64,000 nucleotides of DNA from an uncultured Verrucomicrobiae bacterium (GCA_963769025.1 CAVYKI010000009.1:320001-384000); one strand, 5' to 3'. Shown: positions 10,169 through 25,574, counted from the stretch's first letter. Notes: generated by a model not told the origin, from the sequence alone. Numbers and translations: made by a program.

Positions 10169-11238
10169 ACCTCACTCGAATCGCCATTGTCGTTGTCGCA
10201 GCCGTCGCGCTCGTTGTGCTCATTGCGAGCGCCTACACGGTGCGGGAGACGGATGTCGTCATCCTCACTCAGTTCGGAAAACAGATCGGCAAGCCCGTGA
10301 CGGATGCGGGGCTTCATTGGAAACTTCCCTTCATCCAGTCGGTGAACCGGATCGAAAAGCGCCTGCTCGAATGGGACGGCCCGGTGAGCGAGATGCCGAC
10401 GAAGGACAAGACGTACATCTCCGTCGAGGCTTTCGCGCGTTGGCGGATTCACGATCCGGCGGTGTATTTCGTCAGCCTGCGCGATGAGCGCAGCGCACAG
10501 TCGCGGCTGGATGACATCATCGGCAGCGAAATTCGCATCGCGGTCGCGCGCCACGAACTCATCGAGGTCATCCGCAGCGACAAGACGCGCAAGCTGGCCG
10601 ATGCCGTGGAAAAGAATTTCGCGGGGAGCGCCGCCGCATTGCCCCCGATCGACCGAGGCCGGCGCGAAATCGAGCGCGACATTCTCAAGGAGGCTGCGCC
10701 AAAGGTGCAGTCGCTCGGCATCGAGCTGCTCGATGTGAGGGTCAAGCGTGTGAACTACAACGCGCAGGTCATCGAGCGAATCCACCAGCGAATGATCAGC
10801 GAGCGCACGCAGATCGCGCAGGGCTACCGCTCCGAGGGCGAAGGCATGGCCGCGGGCATCACCGGCAAAAGGGATCGCGAGCTGCGCGAAATCGAATCGA
10901 ACGCGTACCGCAAGGTGCAGGAAATCCAGGGTGCCGCCGACGCCGAGGCCACGCGCATCTACGCCGAGGCATTCAACAAGAGCCCGGAGGCCGTCGAGTT
11001 CTACGGCTTCGTGAAAACGATGGAGACCTACAAGAAGATCATGCTCGGCGACACCAGCATCGTGCTCTCCACGGACAGCGAACTTTTCCGGCTTCTGAAG
11101 AGTGCGCGCCCGTCAGGCCCGTCCGCCTCGTCCGTCGTGCCGCCTCGCGCCGCAGTTCCAAATCCCGTTGCCGTCCCGAAGCCCGCTCCAGCACCCATCC
11201 CCGCGCCTTCGCCGGCTCCCGAGCCGGGGACGCCGTAA
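10165..11238 (+). CDS. hflC: FtsH protease modulator HflC (SPFH domain), Pro/Ala-rich tail
   Basis: ATGA overlap with hflK; TQFGK, GLHWKLPFIQ, RMISER..IA..YRSEG, EFYGF. Confidence 0.92.
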   Translation: MNLTRIAIVVVAAVALVVLIASAYTVRETDVVILTQFGKQIGKPVTDAGLHWKLPFIQSVNRIEKRLLEWDGPVSEMPTKDKTYISVEAFARWRIHDPAVYFVSLRDERSAQSRLDDIIGSEIRIAVARHELIEVIRSDKTRKLADAVEKNFAGSAAALPPIDRGRREIERDILKEAAPKVQSLGIELLDVRVKRVNYNAQVIERIHQRMISERTQIAQGYRSEGEGMAAGITGKRDRELREIESNAYRKVQEIQGAADAEATRIYAEAFNKSPEAVEFYGFVKTMETYKKIMLGDTSIVLSTDSELFRLLKSARPSGPSASSVVPPRAAVPNPVAVPKPAPAPIPAPSPAPEPGTP

Positions 11239-11442
11239 CAGCCAAGCCCCGGGCACGCCGGGGACATCCACCGGATGGCATTGTGATTCGCAGAGCCTTC
11301 CCGATGGCCGGCGAATCTGCGCGCGCAAGGCCCTTGAATGGCGGGTTTCAAATTCCGAGCATGGTGATGTAGAATGAATGCGGATTTCCCCCTGCGTAAT
11401 GCGTAAGCACGACGAATACGCTCAAACAGCAAGACAGATAGC

Positions 11443-13785
11443 ATGGCCAAAGACCCGATATGCGGCATGGAGGTGGAGGAAGCCGACGCGCTCAAGGTCG
11501 AGCGTGACGGCCAGACTTACTTTTTTTGCTCGGACCATTGCCGCGTAAAATTCCTTGGCCAGCCAAAGGCCGGGGTCACGGGTTCGGAGCCCGGCTGTTG
11601 CGGGCACGGCACGGACGCGAAGCATGCGCGTCATCCGGCTGGAGCAGCGGCGGTTTCGGCGACGACCGTCGGGAAGTACACCTGCCCGATGCATCCGGAG
11701 GTCGAGCAGGAAGGTTCTGGCGACTGCCCGAAATGTGGCATGCCGCTGGAGCCGAAGACAGGCGCTGGCGAAGGCGCCGAGGAGGACGGCGAGATTGGTT
11801 CGTTGACGCGCAAATTTTGGATCGCGCTAGTGCTCGCGCTGCCGGTGTTTGTCCTCGCGATGGCGCACATGGTTCCGGGACTTCATCTGGAGGCGCTGAT
11901 CCCGAAGAGCGTTTCCAAGTGGGTGGAGTTCGCGCTCGCCACGCCCGTCGTGCTGTGGGCGGGCGGGATATTTTTTGCGAGAGGCTGGCGCTCGATCGTC
12001 AATCGCAGCCTGAACATGTTCACGCTCATCGCGGTCGGCGTCGGCGCGGCGTATCTTTACAGCGCAGTCGCAGTGCTTGCGCCGGACATTTTTCCGCCCT
12101 CGTTCCGTCAGCACGGGGAGGTCGGCCTCTACTTTGAGGCGGCGGCAGTCATCACCGTCCTTGTGCTGCTCGGACAGCTGCTCGAAGCGAGGGCGCGAAG
12201 CCGCACGGGGCAGGCGATCAAGGCGCTGCTGGGTCTCGCTGCGAAGACCGCGCATCGTGTGGTGGACGGGACCGAAACGGATGTCCCGGTGGAGGAAGTT
12301 CAGAAGGGAGATGCGCTCCGGGTGCGCCCGGGCGAGAAAATTCCCATCGACGGCGTCATCACCGACGGCCGTAGCAACGTGGACGAATCCATGATCACTG
12401 GCGAGCCGATGCCGGTCGAGAAGCGTGATGGCGACAAGGTCATCGGCGCGACCGTGAACCAGACCGGCACGTTCCTCATGCGGGCCGAGAAAGTCGGTTC
12501 CGAGACGCTGCTCTCGCAGATCGTCCACATGGTCGCCGAGGCGCAGCGCAGCCGCGCGCCGATCCAGAAGCTCGCCGACACCGTGGCTGGCTGGTTCGTG
12601 CCAATCGTCATCGGTGTCGCGGTCGTCACGTTCATCGTCTGGGCGACCTTCGGCCCTGCGCCGGCAATGGCGTTCGCGCTCGTGAATGCCGTCTCGGTGC
12701 TCATCATCGCATGCCCGTGTGCGCTCGGGCTGGCGACGCCGATGTCGATCATGGTCGGCGTCGGTCGGGCTGCGCGGAGCGGCATTCTCGTCAAGAACGC
12801 CGAGGCGATCGAAATCACGGAAAAGGTCACCCATCTCGTCACCGACAAGACCGGCACGCTCACCGCGGGAAAACCGCGCGTCGCGAATCGCAAGGCCGCC
12901 TCCGGCACCGACGGGAAAGTTCTGCTCCAAATCGCCGCTTCCATCGAGCACAGCAGCGAACATCCCCTGGCGCGCGCAATCGTCGATGCGGCGAAGGAAC
13001 AGAAACTCGATCTGCTCGCGGTGAAGGATTTCGAGTCCACGACAGCGGGCGGTGTGACCGGCATCGTCGGGGGAAAGACCGTGCGCGTCGGCAAGGAGAT
13101 GTTCCTCGCCGAAGCCGGCGTCAGCATTCCCGATGACCTGAAGCGCGAAGCGCAGGCGTGGCAGGAAAAGGCGCAGACCGTCGTCTGGATCGCGGAAGGC
13201 GACAAGGCGGCAGGCATTCTCGCCATCGCCGATCCGATCAAGGAAAGCACGGCCGCGGCAATCAAGGCGCTCCACGCCCTCGGGCTCAAAGTCATCATGT
13301 GCACCGGCGACAACCGCAAGACCGCCGAAGCCGTCGCGCGCGAGCTGGGGATCGATGAGGTGCATGCCGAGGTGGTGCCGCGCGACAAGGTCGAGATCGT
13401 GCGGAGGTTGAAAAGCCAGGGCGCCATCGTCGCGATGGCCGGGGACGGCATCAATGACGCGCCCGCGCTGGCCGAGGCGAATGTCGGCATTGCGATGGGG
13501 ACCGGGACCGACGTGGCGATCGAGAGCGCCGGCATCACGTTGGTCAAGGGCGACCTCATGGGAATCGCAAAGGCGATTCATATCAGCCGCGCCGTGATGC
13601 GAAACATCCGGCAGAATCTCTTCTTCGCCTTCGTCTATAACTCGGTCGGCGTCCCGGTCGCCGCCGGCATTCTCTACCCTTTCTTCGGTCTGCTGCTGAG
13701 TCCGATTATCGCCGGCGCCGCGATGAGCTTCAGTTCGCTCTCAGTCGTCTTGAACGCGCTGCGGCTTCGCAAGGTCTCCCTCTGA
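11443..13785 (+). CDS. copA: Cu(I)/Ag(I)-type P1B ATPase with N-terminal YHS and heavy-metal-binding domains
   Basis: DPICGM/YFFCS (YHS), [34 protein letters not shown] and M..SS transmembrane ligands. Confidence 0.93.
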   Translation: MAKDPICGMEVEEADALKVERDGQTYFFCSDHCRVKFLGQPKAGVTGSEPGCCGHGTDAKHARHPAGAAAVSATTVGKYTCPMHPEVEQEGSGDCPKCGMPLEPKTGAGEGAEEDGEIGSLTRKFWIALVLALPVFVLAMAHMVPGLHLEALIPKSVSKWVEFALATPVVLWAGGIFFARGWRSIVNRSLNMFTLIAVGVGAAYLYSAVAVLAPDIFPPSFRQHGEVGLYFEAAAVITVLVLLGQLLEARARSRTGQAIKALLGLAAKTAHRVVDGTETDVPVEEVQKGDALRVRPGEKIPIDGVITDGRSNVDESMITGEPMPVEKRDGDKVIGATVNQTGTFLMRAEKVGSETLLSQIVHMVAEAQRSRAPIQKLADTVAGWFVPIVIGVAVVTFIVWATFGPAPAMAFALVNAVSVLIIACPCALGLATPMSIMVGVGRAARSGILVKNAEAIEITEKVTHLVTDKTGTLTAGKPRVANRKAASGTDGKVLLQIAASIEHSSEHPLARAIVDAAKEQKLDLLAVKDFESTTAGGVTGIVGGKTVRVGKEMFLAEAGVSIPDDLKREAQAWQEKAQTVVWIAEGDKAAGILAIADPIKESTAAAIKALHALGLKVIMCTGDNRKTAEAVARELGIDEVHAEVVPRDKVEIVRRLKSQGAIVAMAGDGINDAPALAEANVGIAMGTGTDVAIESAGITLVKGDLMGIAKAIHISRAVMRNIRQNLFFAFVYNSVGVPVAAGILYPFFGLLLSPIIAGAAMSFSSLSVVLNALRLRKVSL

Positions 13786-13888
13786 GCGTTATTGAAGCCG
13801 GTCGCTCTCACTCCGGCCTGCAATTCTGCGGGCAGCCTCGCTGAGACGGGGAGTGACATCCCGCTTCGTGAAGCGCTACAGAGAATGC

Positions 13889-14098
13889 ATGAGCACCAAA
13901 TTCAAGCTGATCCTCGGAGGCATCCTGCTCCTGCTCGGCATCATTTTCGCCGTGCAAAACTCGACAGTGGTCGAGGTCAAGTTCCTCGTCTGGTCCGCCC
14001 GGATGTCCCAAGCGGTGGTGATTTTCCTCGCGGGAGCGACGGGGACGATCATCGGATTTCTCTTCGGCACCACATTCAAGCTGTCGCGAAAGACCTGA
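13889..14098 (+). CDS. LapA/DUF1049-like small membrane protein
   Basis: Two TM segments with FAVQNS.VVEVKFL.W. Confidence 0.75.
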   Translation: MSTKFKLILGGILLLLGIIFAVQNSTVVEVKFLVWSARMSQAVVIFLAGATGTIIGFLFGTTFKLSRKT

Positions 14099-14238
14099 GC
14101 GGCGGTCCGGACGCGGCGCATGCTTGCCAGCGGCGGCCCGGCTTCCGCAGATTGCGCACCGGCCTGCGATGGCTGATGATAAGAGTGTCAGACCGCCTCC
14201 CTCTTCGAACAGTTCCAGCACCTCCAACATCACCCCCA

Positions 14239-14877
14239 ATGAAAACCAGGAACACAAAACGCAGGATCGTCGAAACCGCCATGGGTGCAGCCATCGGGGC
14301 CGCGATCGCCGGACCGGCGGGCGCAATCGCCGGTGGATTCGCAGGCAACAAGGCCGGATCGCTCGTGAAGGACCTCGGGAAGCGCAAGACTCCGCGGAAG
14401 CGCTCCAAGCCCGGAAGCAAGCGGGCGATCGTCCACACCGATTTGAAGCGCATCCTTGTGCCGGTGGATTTTTCCCCGCACTCGCTGGCTGCGATGCGCT
14501 TCGCGCGCGACTGGGCGGTGCGTTTCCGTGCAGCCGTGTGCCTGCTCCACGTGATCGAGCCTGTGAATACGACTGCGCCGTTCGGCGCTCAGACGATGGT
14601 TCTGCCGCTCCCGCGACCGGGCTTCCGCAGCAAGCTCAGGACCGAGCTCGACGCCCTGGCCCGGAAGGAGTTTCCGCGCTCCAAGAACGTCTCCGTGGAA
14701 GTCCGTGAAGGCGTTCCCTACGACGAGATCGTGAAGGCCGCTGGAAAGTTGAAATCGGACATCATCATCATTTCCACGCACGGGCGTACCGGACTGATGC
14801 GGGTGCTGATGGGCAGCACGGCCGAGCGGGTCGTGCGTCACGCGCCCTGCCCGGTGCTGACGGTCAGAAGTGCATGA
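14239..14877 (+). CDS. Universal stress protein with N-terminal glycine zipper
   Basis: RILVPVDFS, LLHV, STHGRTGL.RVLMGSTAERVVRHAPCPVLTV; N-terminal GAAIGAAIAGPAGAIAGG. Confidence 0.88.
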   Translation: MKTRNTKRRIVETAMGAAIGAAIAGPAGAIAGGFAGNKAGSLVKDLGKRKTPRKRSKPGSKRAIVHTDLKRILVPVDFSPHSLAAMRFARDWAVRFRAAVCLLHVIEPVNTTAPFGAQTMVLPLPRPGFRSKLRTELDALARKEFPRSKNVSVEVREGVPYDEIVKAAGKLKSDIIIISTHGRTGLMRVLMGSTAERVVRHAPCPVLTVRSA

Positions 14878-15004
14878 GCCGCTGATCCTCGACTGATGCG
14901 AGAACGTTAACCAGGCAATGGATTTGAAGCGCCGGCTGTGCACACGGCATCCTGAGCGGCTGCCACGGCTTTACACCGCGCCGGAGTCCTGCGCTTCTCG
15001 CTGA

Positions 15005-16255
15005 ATGCGAACCTACCCGGCTGTCTGTCTCTCGGTTGCGATGCTCTTGCTCGGGAGCGGCTGTGCGACGCGCGCACCTCTGGCTTGCCCGGAATCGAAA
15101 GGCGCGTCCCGTGCCGTGAAGGTCTATTTTGCCACCGACCGCCAACGTCATCCCGGTGACGGCGCGTTGGATTTTGGCCGTGAGCCAACGGCACCGCCGG
15201 CCCTGAATATGGGATGGGAGCGCGTCGCGCTCGGGCAGGGTCACCGGATCGGAAAAGTGGACAGGGACGTGCAGATCACGCCGGTCCACGATCTGGAAGC
15301 CCAGATGCGCGACACCGGTTCCAATGGCATGAGGCGCACTGACGCGGAGATCGCGGCGTTCGTGAATGGGAAGCTCCGCGCGGCAATCCGCGCCCTGCCG
15401 CAGCCGGGTCCAGGCCTGCCGCGCCAGGTGCTCGTCTTCATTCATGGCTACAACAACGAATTCGACTACGCGGTTCGCAAGACGGCGCAGCTCGGTGGGG
15501 ATATTGGCCTGGTGGATTGCGCGGGAAAGGCCCGTGGAGTGGTGATCGCCTACTCATGGCCGGCCCGGGGCGCGGTGCTGAGCTACCTTGCCGACGAGGA
15601 GAGCGTCGAGTGGACGCAGCAGCGTCTGGTGCCGTTTCTGCGCGAACTCGCGCGCGTCTGCCGGGAGGAACGCGCGGGGCTGAATCTCGTCGCACATTCC
15701 ATGGGGGCACGGGCGCTGGTGCGCTCGCTTTCCGATATCGCCAGCCGTGGTGACAGCGGCGGGAAAATTGCCGACAATGTGATCCTGCTCGCGCCGGACA
15801 TTGGCAAGGCGTTGTTCGACCAATACGTGGAGCGCCTCCTGCCGCTGATCGGTCACCTCACCATCTATGTCTCTGCGCGCGATCGCGCGCTGTCGTTTTC
15901 CACGTTCCTGCATGGCGGCCACCAGCGCTTGGGGCTGCTGGAATCCACCGTGGCAGCCGCCCTCGAACTGGCCCGCCTGCCTCTCGGAGATCATCGCGAA
16001 CTCGGCTCCATCGCCGGCACGTCGGTCGCCCGCGGAAAGATCGACATGATCGACGTGACCCGTTCGTTTGCCGCCGAGTTCGGCCATTCGTATGAAGACC
16101 CTGAATTCCTCGGCGATCTGCGCGAATTGATTTTCCGCAACACGCCCGCCGGCACCGGTGAGCGGAGCAATCTGGAGCGGAATGGGTTCGCACGCGGGTC
16201 CACCGGCAACAGTTTTCATGAAGGGGTGACCTTCTTCCGGCTCCGGGCACGATAG
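15005..16255 (+). CDS. Alpha/beta hydrolase lipoprotein (DUF900-like)
   Basis: Lipobox LGSGC, VYFATDR, FIHGYN, YSWP, AHSMG, APDI, D.AL..S. Confidence 0.82.
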   Translation: MRTYPAVCLSVAMLLLGSGCATRAPLACPESKGASRAVKVYFATDRQRHPGDGALDFGREPTAPPALNMGWERVALGQGHRIGKVDRDVQITPVHDLEAQMRDTGSNGMRRTDAEIAAFVNGKLRAAIRALPQPGPGLPRQVLVFIHGYNNEFDYAVRKTAQLGGDIGLVDCAGKARGVVIAYSWPARGAVLSYLADEESVEWTQQRLVPFLRELARVCREERAGLNLVAHSMGARALVRSLSDIASRGDSGGKIADNVILLAPDIGKALFDQYVERLLPLIGHLTIYVSARDRALSFSTFLHGGHQRLGLLESTVAAALELARLPLGDHRELGSIAGTSVARGKIDMIDVTRSFAAEFGHSYEDPEFLGDLRELIFRNTPAGTGERSNLERNGFARGSTGNSFHEGVTFFRLRAR

Positions 16256-18515
16256 GGCCGTTGTCCGAGCTGGCTGGCTGGCCGCGCGGTGGGCGGGGCG
16301 GGTGGAGCAAGCACCTTGACCGGCTCCCGTCTTTTCGCGAGATGGGGGACGCAAGCGACCACCTTCTGAATTTATGATCGAATCAGCCAATCTGAGCCTG
16401 CCTGCGAGTCTTCCAGCCACGCCGCCCATACGGGTCTGGCCCGGGAAACCGTACCCGCTGGGTGCGACGTGGGACGGGGCGGGTGTCAATTTCGCCCTGT
16501 TCTCCGAGCATGCGACAAAGGTCGCGCTGTGCCTTTTCGATTCCGTCGAGGCGCAGAAGGAGGCGCGCATCATCACGCTGACGGAGCAGTCCGACATGGT
16601 CTGGCACTGCTATCTGCCGGATGCACGGCCGGGGCAGCTTTACGGCTACCGCGTCCATGGGGCCTACGAACCGGAGAAGGGGCTCCGCTACAACGCGAAC
16701 AAGGTGCTGCTGGATCCGTATGCAAAGGCGATCGGGAGAAAGGTGGACTGGAGCGACACGCTGTTCGCCTACCGCATCGGCGACGCGGCGGAGGATCTGT
16801 CGTTCGACGAACGCGACAATGCCGCATTTGCGCCCCTCGCCGCGGTGGTGGACCCGGCATTCACGTGGGGCGATGACCGCCCGCCGAAGGTGCCGTGGAA
16901 TAAGACGCTGATTTACGAGGTCCACGTGAAGGGCTTCACCAAGCGCATGCCCGGCGTGCCGGAGGAACTGCGCGGGACGTATGCCGGCATGGCGTCGGAG
17001 CCGGCGATCCGGCATTTGAAGGAGCTCGGCGTGACGACGCTGGAATTGCTTCCCGTGCATCACCACGCGAATGACCGCCATCTGCTGGAGCGAGGGCTGA
17101 CGAATTACTGGGGCTACAACACCCTGGCGTTCCTCGCGCCGGAAGCCCGTTATACGCCGACGATCTCCCCGCTGGATTCGGTGCGCGAGTTCAAGATGAT
17201 GGTGCGCGCTCTGCACGCGGCGGGCCTGGAGGTGATTCTCGACGTCGTCTACAATCACACTGCCGAGGGCAACCACATGGGCCCTACGCTTTCCCTCCGA
17301 GGGATCGACAATCTGCATTACTACCGCCTCGTGCCGGATGACCAGCGGCACTACATGGATTACACGGGATGCGGCAACACGCTGAACATGCAGAGCCCGC
17401 GCGTGCTCCAGCTCATCATGGACAGTCTGCGCTACTGGGTGCTGGAGATGCATGTGGACGGGTTCCGCTTCGACCTGGCGAGCGCGTTGGCGCGGGAGCT
17501 CCAGGAAGTGGACAAACTCGGGGCGTTCTTCGACATCATCCATCAGGACCCGGTGATCTCGCAGGTGAAGCTGATCGCCGAGCCATGGGATCTCGGCGAG
17601 GGCGGATACCAGGTCGGGAATTTCCCCGTGCTCTGGACGGAGTGGAACGGCAAGTACCGCGACTCGGTGCGGAAGTTCTGGAAAGGGGACGGCGGTGTCG
17701 TGTCCGAGTTTGCCTCCCGGCTTTGCGGCAGCAGCGATCTCTACGCGCACAGCGGACGGAGGCCGTACGCGAGCATCAATTTCGTCACGTGCCACGACGG
17801 CTTCAACCTGCAGGACCTCGTGAGCTACAACGAGAAGCACAACGAAGCGAACGGTGAGGACAACCGCGACGGCTCGAACGACAACGAGAGCTGGAACTGC
17901 GGCGCGGAAGGGCCGACCGATGATCCTGAAATCCTCGCGCTCCGCGAGCGGCAGAAGCGCAACATCGTTGCGACGCTGATGCTCTCGCAGGGCGTGGCGA
18001 TGATCCTCGCGGGCGACGAACTCGGCCACACGCAGCGAGGAAACAACAACACCTATTGCCAGGACAATGAACTGACGTGGCTCGACTGGAACCTCACCCC
18101 AGAAAAGCAGGCGTTCCTCGATTTTGTGAAACGCGTGATCCGGATCTGGCAGACGCAGCCGGTGCTCCAGCGCCGGAAGTTTTTCCAAGGGCGGCAAATC
18201 CGCGGTTCCGAGGTGAAGGACATCACGTGGTTCGAGCCATCCGGCCACGAGATGACGGACGAGGGCTGGAACACGCACCACGTCCGCTGCCTCGCGGTGC
18301 GACTCGCCGGCGATACCATGGTCGAATTCGACGATCGCGGTGCCCCGATTCACGGGGACACGCTGCTGATCCTGCTGAACGCACATCACGAGCCGGTGGA
18401 TTTTACGCTCCCGGCCGATCACGGTCACCCGTGGGAACGGATTCTCGGCACCGCCGAGGATGAGGACGAATCGCTTATGCTGAAAGAAGGTGCGGTGCTC
18501 AGCGTGGAGGGGCGC

Positions 18516-21325
<2,810 letters not shown>

Positions 21326-21329
<4 letters not shown>

Positions 21330-23182
21330 CGTTGGAACTTCAGGACGAACGTCTCGGGTGTCGGAAAAACGAACGCGCCCGTGCGTTCGTCGAAAGTGGC
21401 GCGTTTCTCCCCGCCGAACTCGACGGAGTTGCTTTGTAGGACTGCCTGCCAGATCGCGCCATCGGGAAGGCATGTGATTTCCTCGTCACAAATCTTTCCC
21501 GCATGTCCGCCGTGCAAATCGGAGAGCAGCAGCCACTCCTCGCTTTCACTGCTCAGCCTCAGCGCGAGCACTCCGCACTTCAGCGCGACGACGCGGTAGC
21601 CTGCGCGGCTGGCTGGACGAAAGGCCGGGTGCTCGTGCCGCAGGCGGAGCGCGGTCTGGTAGAGCCGAAGGCAGGCTGCATGCGGTTCGCGCGTGAGTTC
21701 GCTCCAGTCGAGTTTTGAACGCCCGAATGTCTCCGGGCTCTGCGGCGCCGGGATGTCGGTCTTCTCAAGCGCGTCGGCGAAGACGGGAAACTTCTCCATG
21801 TCCAGCCGCCTGCCTTTGTCCACGAGCTTGCCGAGTTCGTCGTTGTGGTCGGTGAAATATTGGAACGGTGCGGACGCCGCCCATTCCTGTCCCATGAAGA
21901 GCATCGGGGTGTAGGGGCTGAGGCAGAGCAGCACGCTCGCCGCGCGGTACGCCTCGGGTGTCGCGAGATGGCTCAGCCGCTCGCCGAATGCGCGGTTGCC
22001 GCACTGGTCGTGATTTGAAATGCAGTAGACAAATCGCTCTGGCGGGAGATGTCCGCAGGGTGTGCCGGGGCGCACCTTGCCGCCGAGACGCGGTTCGCCG
22101 CGGTACACCCAGCCCTCGTGCATCGTCTCCGCGACTTCATCCAGATCGCCGCTGAAAAAGCAGGCATACATCGACGTGTCGATCAGCGCATTCTCGACCG
22201 AGTGGTGAAAATCGTCGGCCCACGCCGCGTCGAAGCCGCAGCCGCCTTCCGGGCGCGGCGTGATGATCGCCGCCTCGTTGCGCTCATCCTCGGCGATGAT
22301 GTATCCGCCGCGGGAGCGGACCGTATCCGCCATCTCCGCCAGGATGTGCGGCACCGAGTCGTCTATGATCGCGTGCGTGGCATCGAGCCGGAAGCCGTCG
22401 ATGTGAAAGTCGCGCATCCAGTAGATGAGGTTCTCGCGGAAGAAAGAGCGCACCGCAGCGCTTTGCTCGCGGCTGAAATTGATCGCTTCGCCCCACGGCG
22501 TGTGATGCTCGCTTTCGAAGTAATGGGGCGAAAAGACGCGCAGGTAATTCCCATCCGGCCCGAGGTGATTGTACACCACGTCGAGAATCACGGCGATGCC
22601 CTCGGCGTGCGCGGCATCCACCAGCGCACGGAGATCGTCCGGCTGTCCATAGGCCCGGGCTGGCGCATAGAGGTGTACGCCGTCGTAGCCCCAGTTATGC
22701 GCACCGGGAAAATCGGCGAGCGGCATCAGCTCGATCGCATTGACTCCCAGTTCGCGGAGATACGGCAGGCGATCGATTGCCGCCCGGTACGTGCCCTCGG
22801 CCGTGAATGTGCCGATGTGCAGTTCGTAAATCGTCAGGTCGCGGAACGGCGGACGCACCCAGGCATGGTCCCGCCAGCGATAGGTCGAATGGTCCACGAC
22901 TTGCGAAGGACCATGCACGCCGTCGGGCTGAAAATGCGACGCAGGGCAGGGGAATGCCGAGCCATCTTCCAGTCCGATGAGGTAACGGTCGCCCGCGCGG
23001 CCCTGCGGATCGAGGGCGGCGTGGAATCCGAATTTGTCACCGGCGAGAGGCACGCATCGCACGACCGCTCCATCCTGCCCGATGATGCGGACTGTGAGCA
23101 CTTTCCTATCCGGCGCCCATACGCGGTATCGGACGCCCTCCGGTCCGACGTGGGCGCCCTGTGGTGGGAATTCTCCGTTCAT
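21326..23182 (-). CDS. treZ: Malto-oligosyltrehalose trehalohydrolase
   Basis: VWAP, YELHIGTF, NWGYDG, DVVYNH, RLDATHAI, DDFHH, NHDQCGNR, LFMGQEW. Confidence 0.95.
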
Positions 23183-23269
23183 TCACACCATCGTGCGAAA
23201 TGAGGTGCGCCTTCGGCAACGGTTGATTGCCCGATTGCGCGCTTCAAGTCTGGGACCGCGGCGCAGTAT

Positions 23270-23767
23270 TCAGGCAGTGCGTCCGGCTTTTACCGCGTCC
23301 ACGAACGCGCCCGGGTCGTCCGGGGTGACCACGATGGGTTTCCGGTCGCTGAATTTCAGGATGACGGCGTCGCCAGTGCGTGTGGCGAGAGCCCGGAACG
23401 AGCCCAGCGATTTCTGGTAGAACCATCCAGTGAACGAATAGAGTCCGCCGTTGCCGCACATGCGCCAGGCCCAGCCAAAAGACCCCGGGCGCCATTCGGC
23501 ATCGGTGAGCGTGCGCAGCGGGATGCGCGTCACCCAGACGAGCCTGCGCACATTCAAAAACCCGCCTCCCACTTCATAGCCGCGCACAGTGTAAAGGGCG
23601 CAGCCTGCCAGGAGAAGCACCGGGATTGCGCGGATCGAGCCGCGGAAAATCGAGCCCATTTGTTCGGGCAGGGGGAACGACCATACGATCGCCGGCAGCA
23701 GCAGCGTGGACAAAAGCGAAATCACCTTCAGCGAATTCGACCAAGTCGCGGCAAAGGTGCGGTTCAT
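23270..23767 (-). CDS. Membrane protein with bacterial PH domain
   Basis: Two TM segments, R.CGNGGLYSFTGWF, IVVTPDDP. Confidence 0.7.
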   Translation of the reverse strand: MNRTFAATWSNSLKVISLLSTLLLPAIVWSFPLPEQMGSIFRGSIRAIPVLLLAGCALYTVRGYEVGGGFLNVRRLVWVTRIPLRTLTDAEWRPGSFGWAWRMCGNGGLYSFTGWFYQKSLGSFRALATRTGDAVILKFSDRKPIVVTPDDPGAFVDAVKAGRTA

Positions 23768-23790
23768 GAGCGTTCGCGCAGGAGGGGCGT

Positions 23791-25485
23791 TCAGGCTGCC
23801 CCTGCCTGATGTACTGTGAGCTGTTGGAAGGGAATCACCCAGCCGTGCTTGTTCGCCGCATCCACGAGGAAGCGCTGGATCGCGCGCTCGAGCTGCTCCG
23901 CCCGCGGCGCCACGTTGCCGGAAAAATCCGCCAGCACCAGATAGTCAAGCGATGAACTGGCCGCCTCGCAGAAATCCACGCTGAGATTCTTCATGTCAGA
24001 GTGCTCGATCATTGCCAGCAGTCCGGTTTTCACGGCTTCCTGCATGAGCTCCGGGATGCGCGTGGTCGCCTCGGCCTGATGCTTGTAGTCGATTCCAAAC
24101 CGGGTGCGCACCCGGAAATTATGCGTGAGGCTCTCGGGGTGCAGATCGAGGAATGCCGGGACCGTGAACGTCTTCCGGCTGCCGCCAAGCTGGACGAGCC
24201 GCACCCACTCCGGCGTGAGTTCGACCACTTTGCCGCGCGTGCCGTCGCTCAGGCGCACCCAGTCATTTTTTCGGCATGGAAACCACGGCAGCGATTCCTC
24301 CGTCGGACGCGAATTCATGGTGAGGAGATCGCGGAGCGGAAGGCGGATCCGCGCGCCTTCGAACGCGGGGTTCAACAGTTCGGTGTACATATTGATCGTC
24401 TGCACCTCCCACGGCACCCCATTGAAAAGCACCCGCTCGCCTTCGCGGACCGGACCGAGATTCATCAGCAGTTTCGCCTGCTCGTAAAATCCCGGAAGGA
24501 CCGTCTTGCTCGCCCAGGCGAGGCCGATGAGGAAAAGGATCGCCACGCCCAGCAGCACCCAGTCGCCGGAGGCGTAGAGCACCAGGAATAGCGCGGCGGT
24601 GGAACCCACGACGCAGACGACATAATACAGGATATCGAGCAACCGGACGACGAACGAGCGGCGAAACCGCGCGCGAACCGCCGGGATGCGCAGCACGTAC
24701 CACCGCACAAGGCGCAACAGCACGAAGACCCCGACGAATGCCAGAGCCGCAAGCAGGACGTTCCTTCCGCGGCTGCGGAAAAAGTCCGCGGTCGAATCGC
24801 GGAGCACGCCGAAAACCGTGCGTTTGTGCGCGAGCTTCTCATCGAGCTGAAACTGCGCCACGGCGAGGTCATTGCGCACCTGCTCCAGTTGGTTGCCCCA
24901 TTCGCCTCGCAATGCAAGAAGTCGGGTCTTCAACTCACTGTCCGGCAGCGATGAGACGAGTGCCGCGAGGTTCTCCGTCGCCGCGTTCATCTCCGCCTCC
25001 CGCTTTTTGAGGTCGCCGACGGTGGAACGCAGATTGTCCAGTTCGCGCGGCTTCGCGGTGAGATCCTTCAGCTCCCGGACGATGGGCTGGAGCAGTTGTT
25101 CGAGTTCCTGCGCCGTGTCGAATTTTTCGGGCTTGCGGGAGGTAACGGCCCGCCAGTCGTGCCCGGAGGCGAGCGATGCGAAGTCCATCCGGAGCGCATC
25201 GACCTTTTCGCGCAGAGCGTCCATATCCCTGCCAATCGCCGCTTTCTCCTCCGTTGTCTCGGCTTTCTGAAACTGTTCCCGCTTTTTCGCCAAATCCGCC
25301 TCGGCCAGGTCGATGTTGGCCATGAGCGCGCGCAGGGCGGGCGCGGACTTCGCTTCGCCGTTGCCTGCTGCGTCCTTCTTCGCCGCTGGCGGCGAAATTT
25401 GCTCCGGCTGTTGGGCAAGCGAGGCGTCCGTCAGCAGCGATGGAATGGCGAGGGACGCTACTGCCAGCAGGGTGCGGATATGCAT
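23791..25485 (-). CDS. MscS-family mechanosensitive channel with large periplasmic coiled coil
   Basis: Signal peptide, heptad-rich region, 3 TM segments, GERV beta domain, C-terminal IPFQQLTVH. Confidence 0.75.
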   Translation of the reverse strand: MHIRTLLAVASLAIPSLLTDASLAQQPEQISPPAAKKDAAGNGEAKSAPALRALMANIDLAEADLAKKREQFQKAETTEEKAAIGRDMDALREKVDALRMDFASLASGHDWRAVTSRKPEKFDTAQELEQLLQPIVRELKDLTAKPRELDNLRSTVGDLKKREAEMNAATENLAALVSSLPDSELKTRLLALRGEWGNQLEQVRNDLAVAQFQLDEKLAHKRTVFGVLRDSTADFFRSRGRNVLLAALAFVGVFVLLRLVRWYVLRIPAVRARFRRSFVVRLLDILYYVVCVVGSTAALFLVLYASGDWVLLGVAILFLIGLAWASKTVLPGFYEQAKLLMNLGPVREGERVLFNGVPWEVQTINMYTELLNPAFEGARIRLPLRDLLTMNSRPTEESLPWFPCRKNDWVRLSDGTRGKVVELTPEWVRLVQLGGSRKTFTVPAFLDLHPESLTHNFRVRTRFGIDYKHQAEATTRIPELMQEAVKTGLLAMIEHSDMKNLSVDFCEAASSSLDYLVLADFSGNVAPRAEQLERAIQRFLVDAANKHGWVIPFQQLTVHQAGAA

Positions 25486-25574
25486 TGGGATATCCGCGAC
25501 AGTCGCACCCTATGCCCCGTATTCGCAATCACCGATCCGCCCAGCCGCGCAGCACCGGGTAAAGTGAGCCGCTG

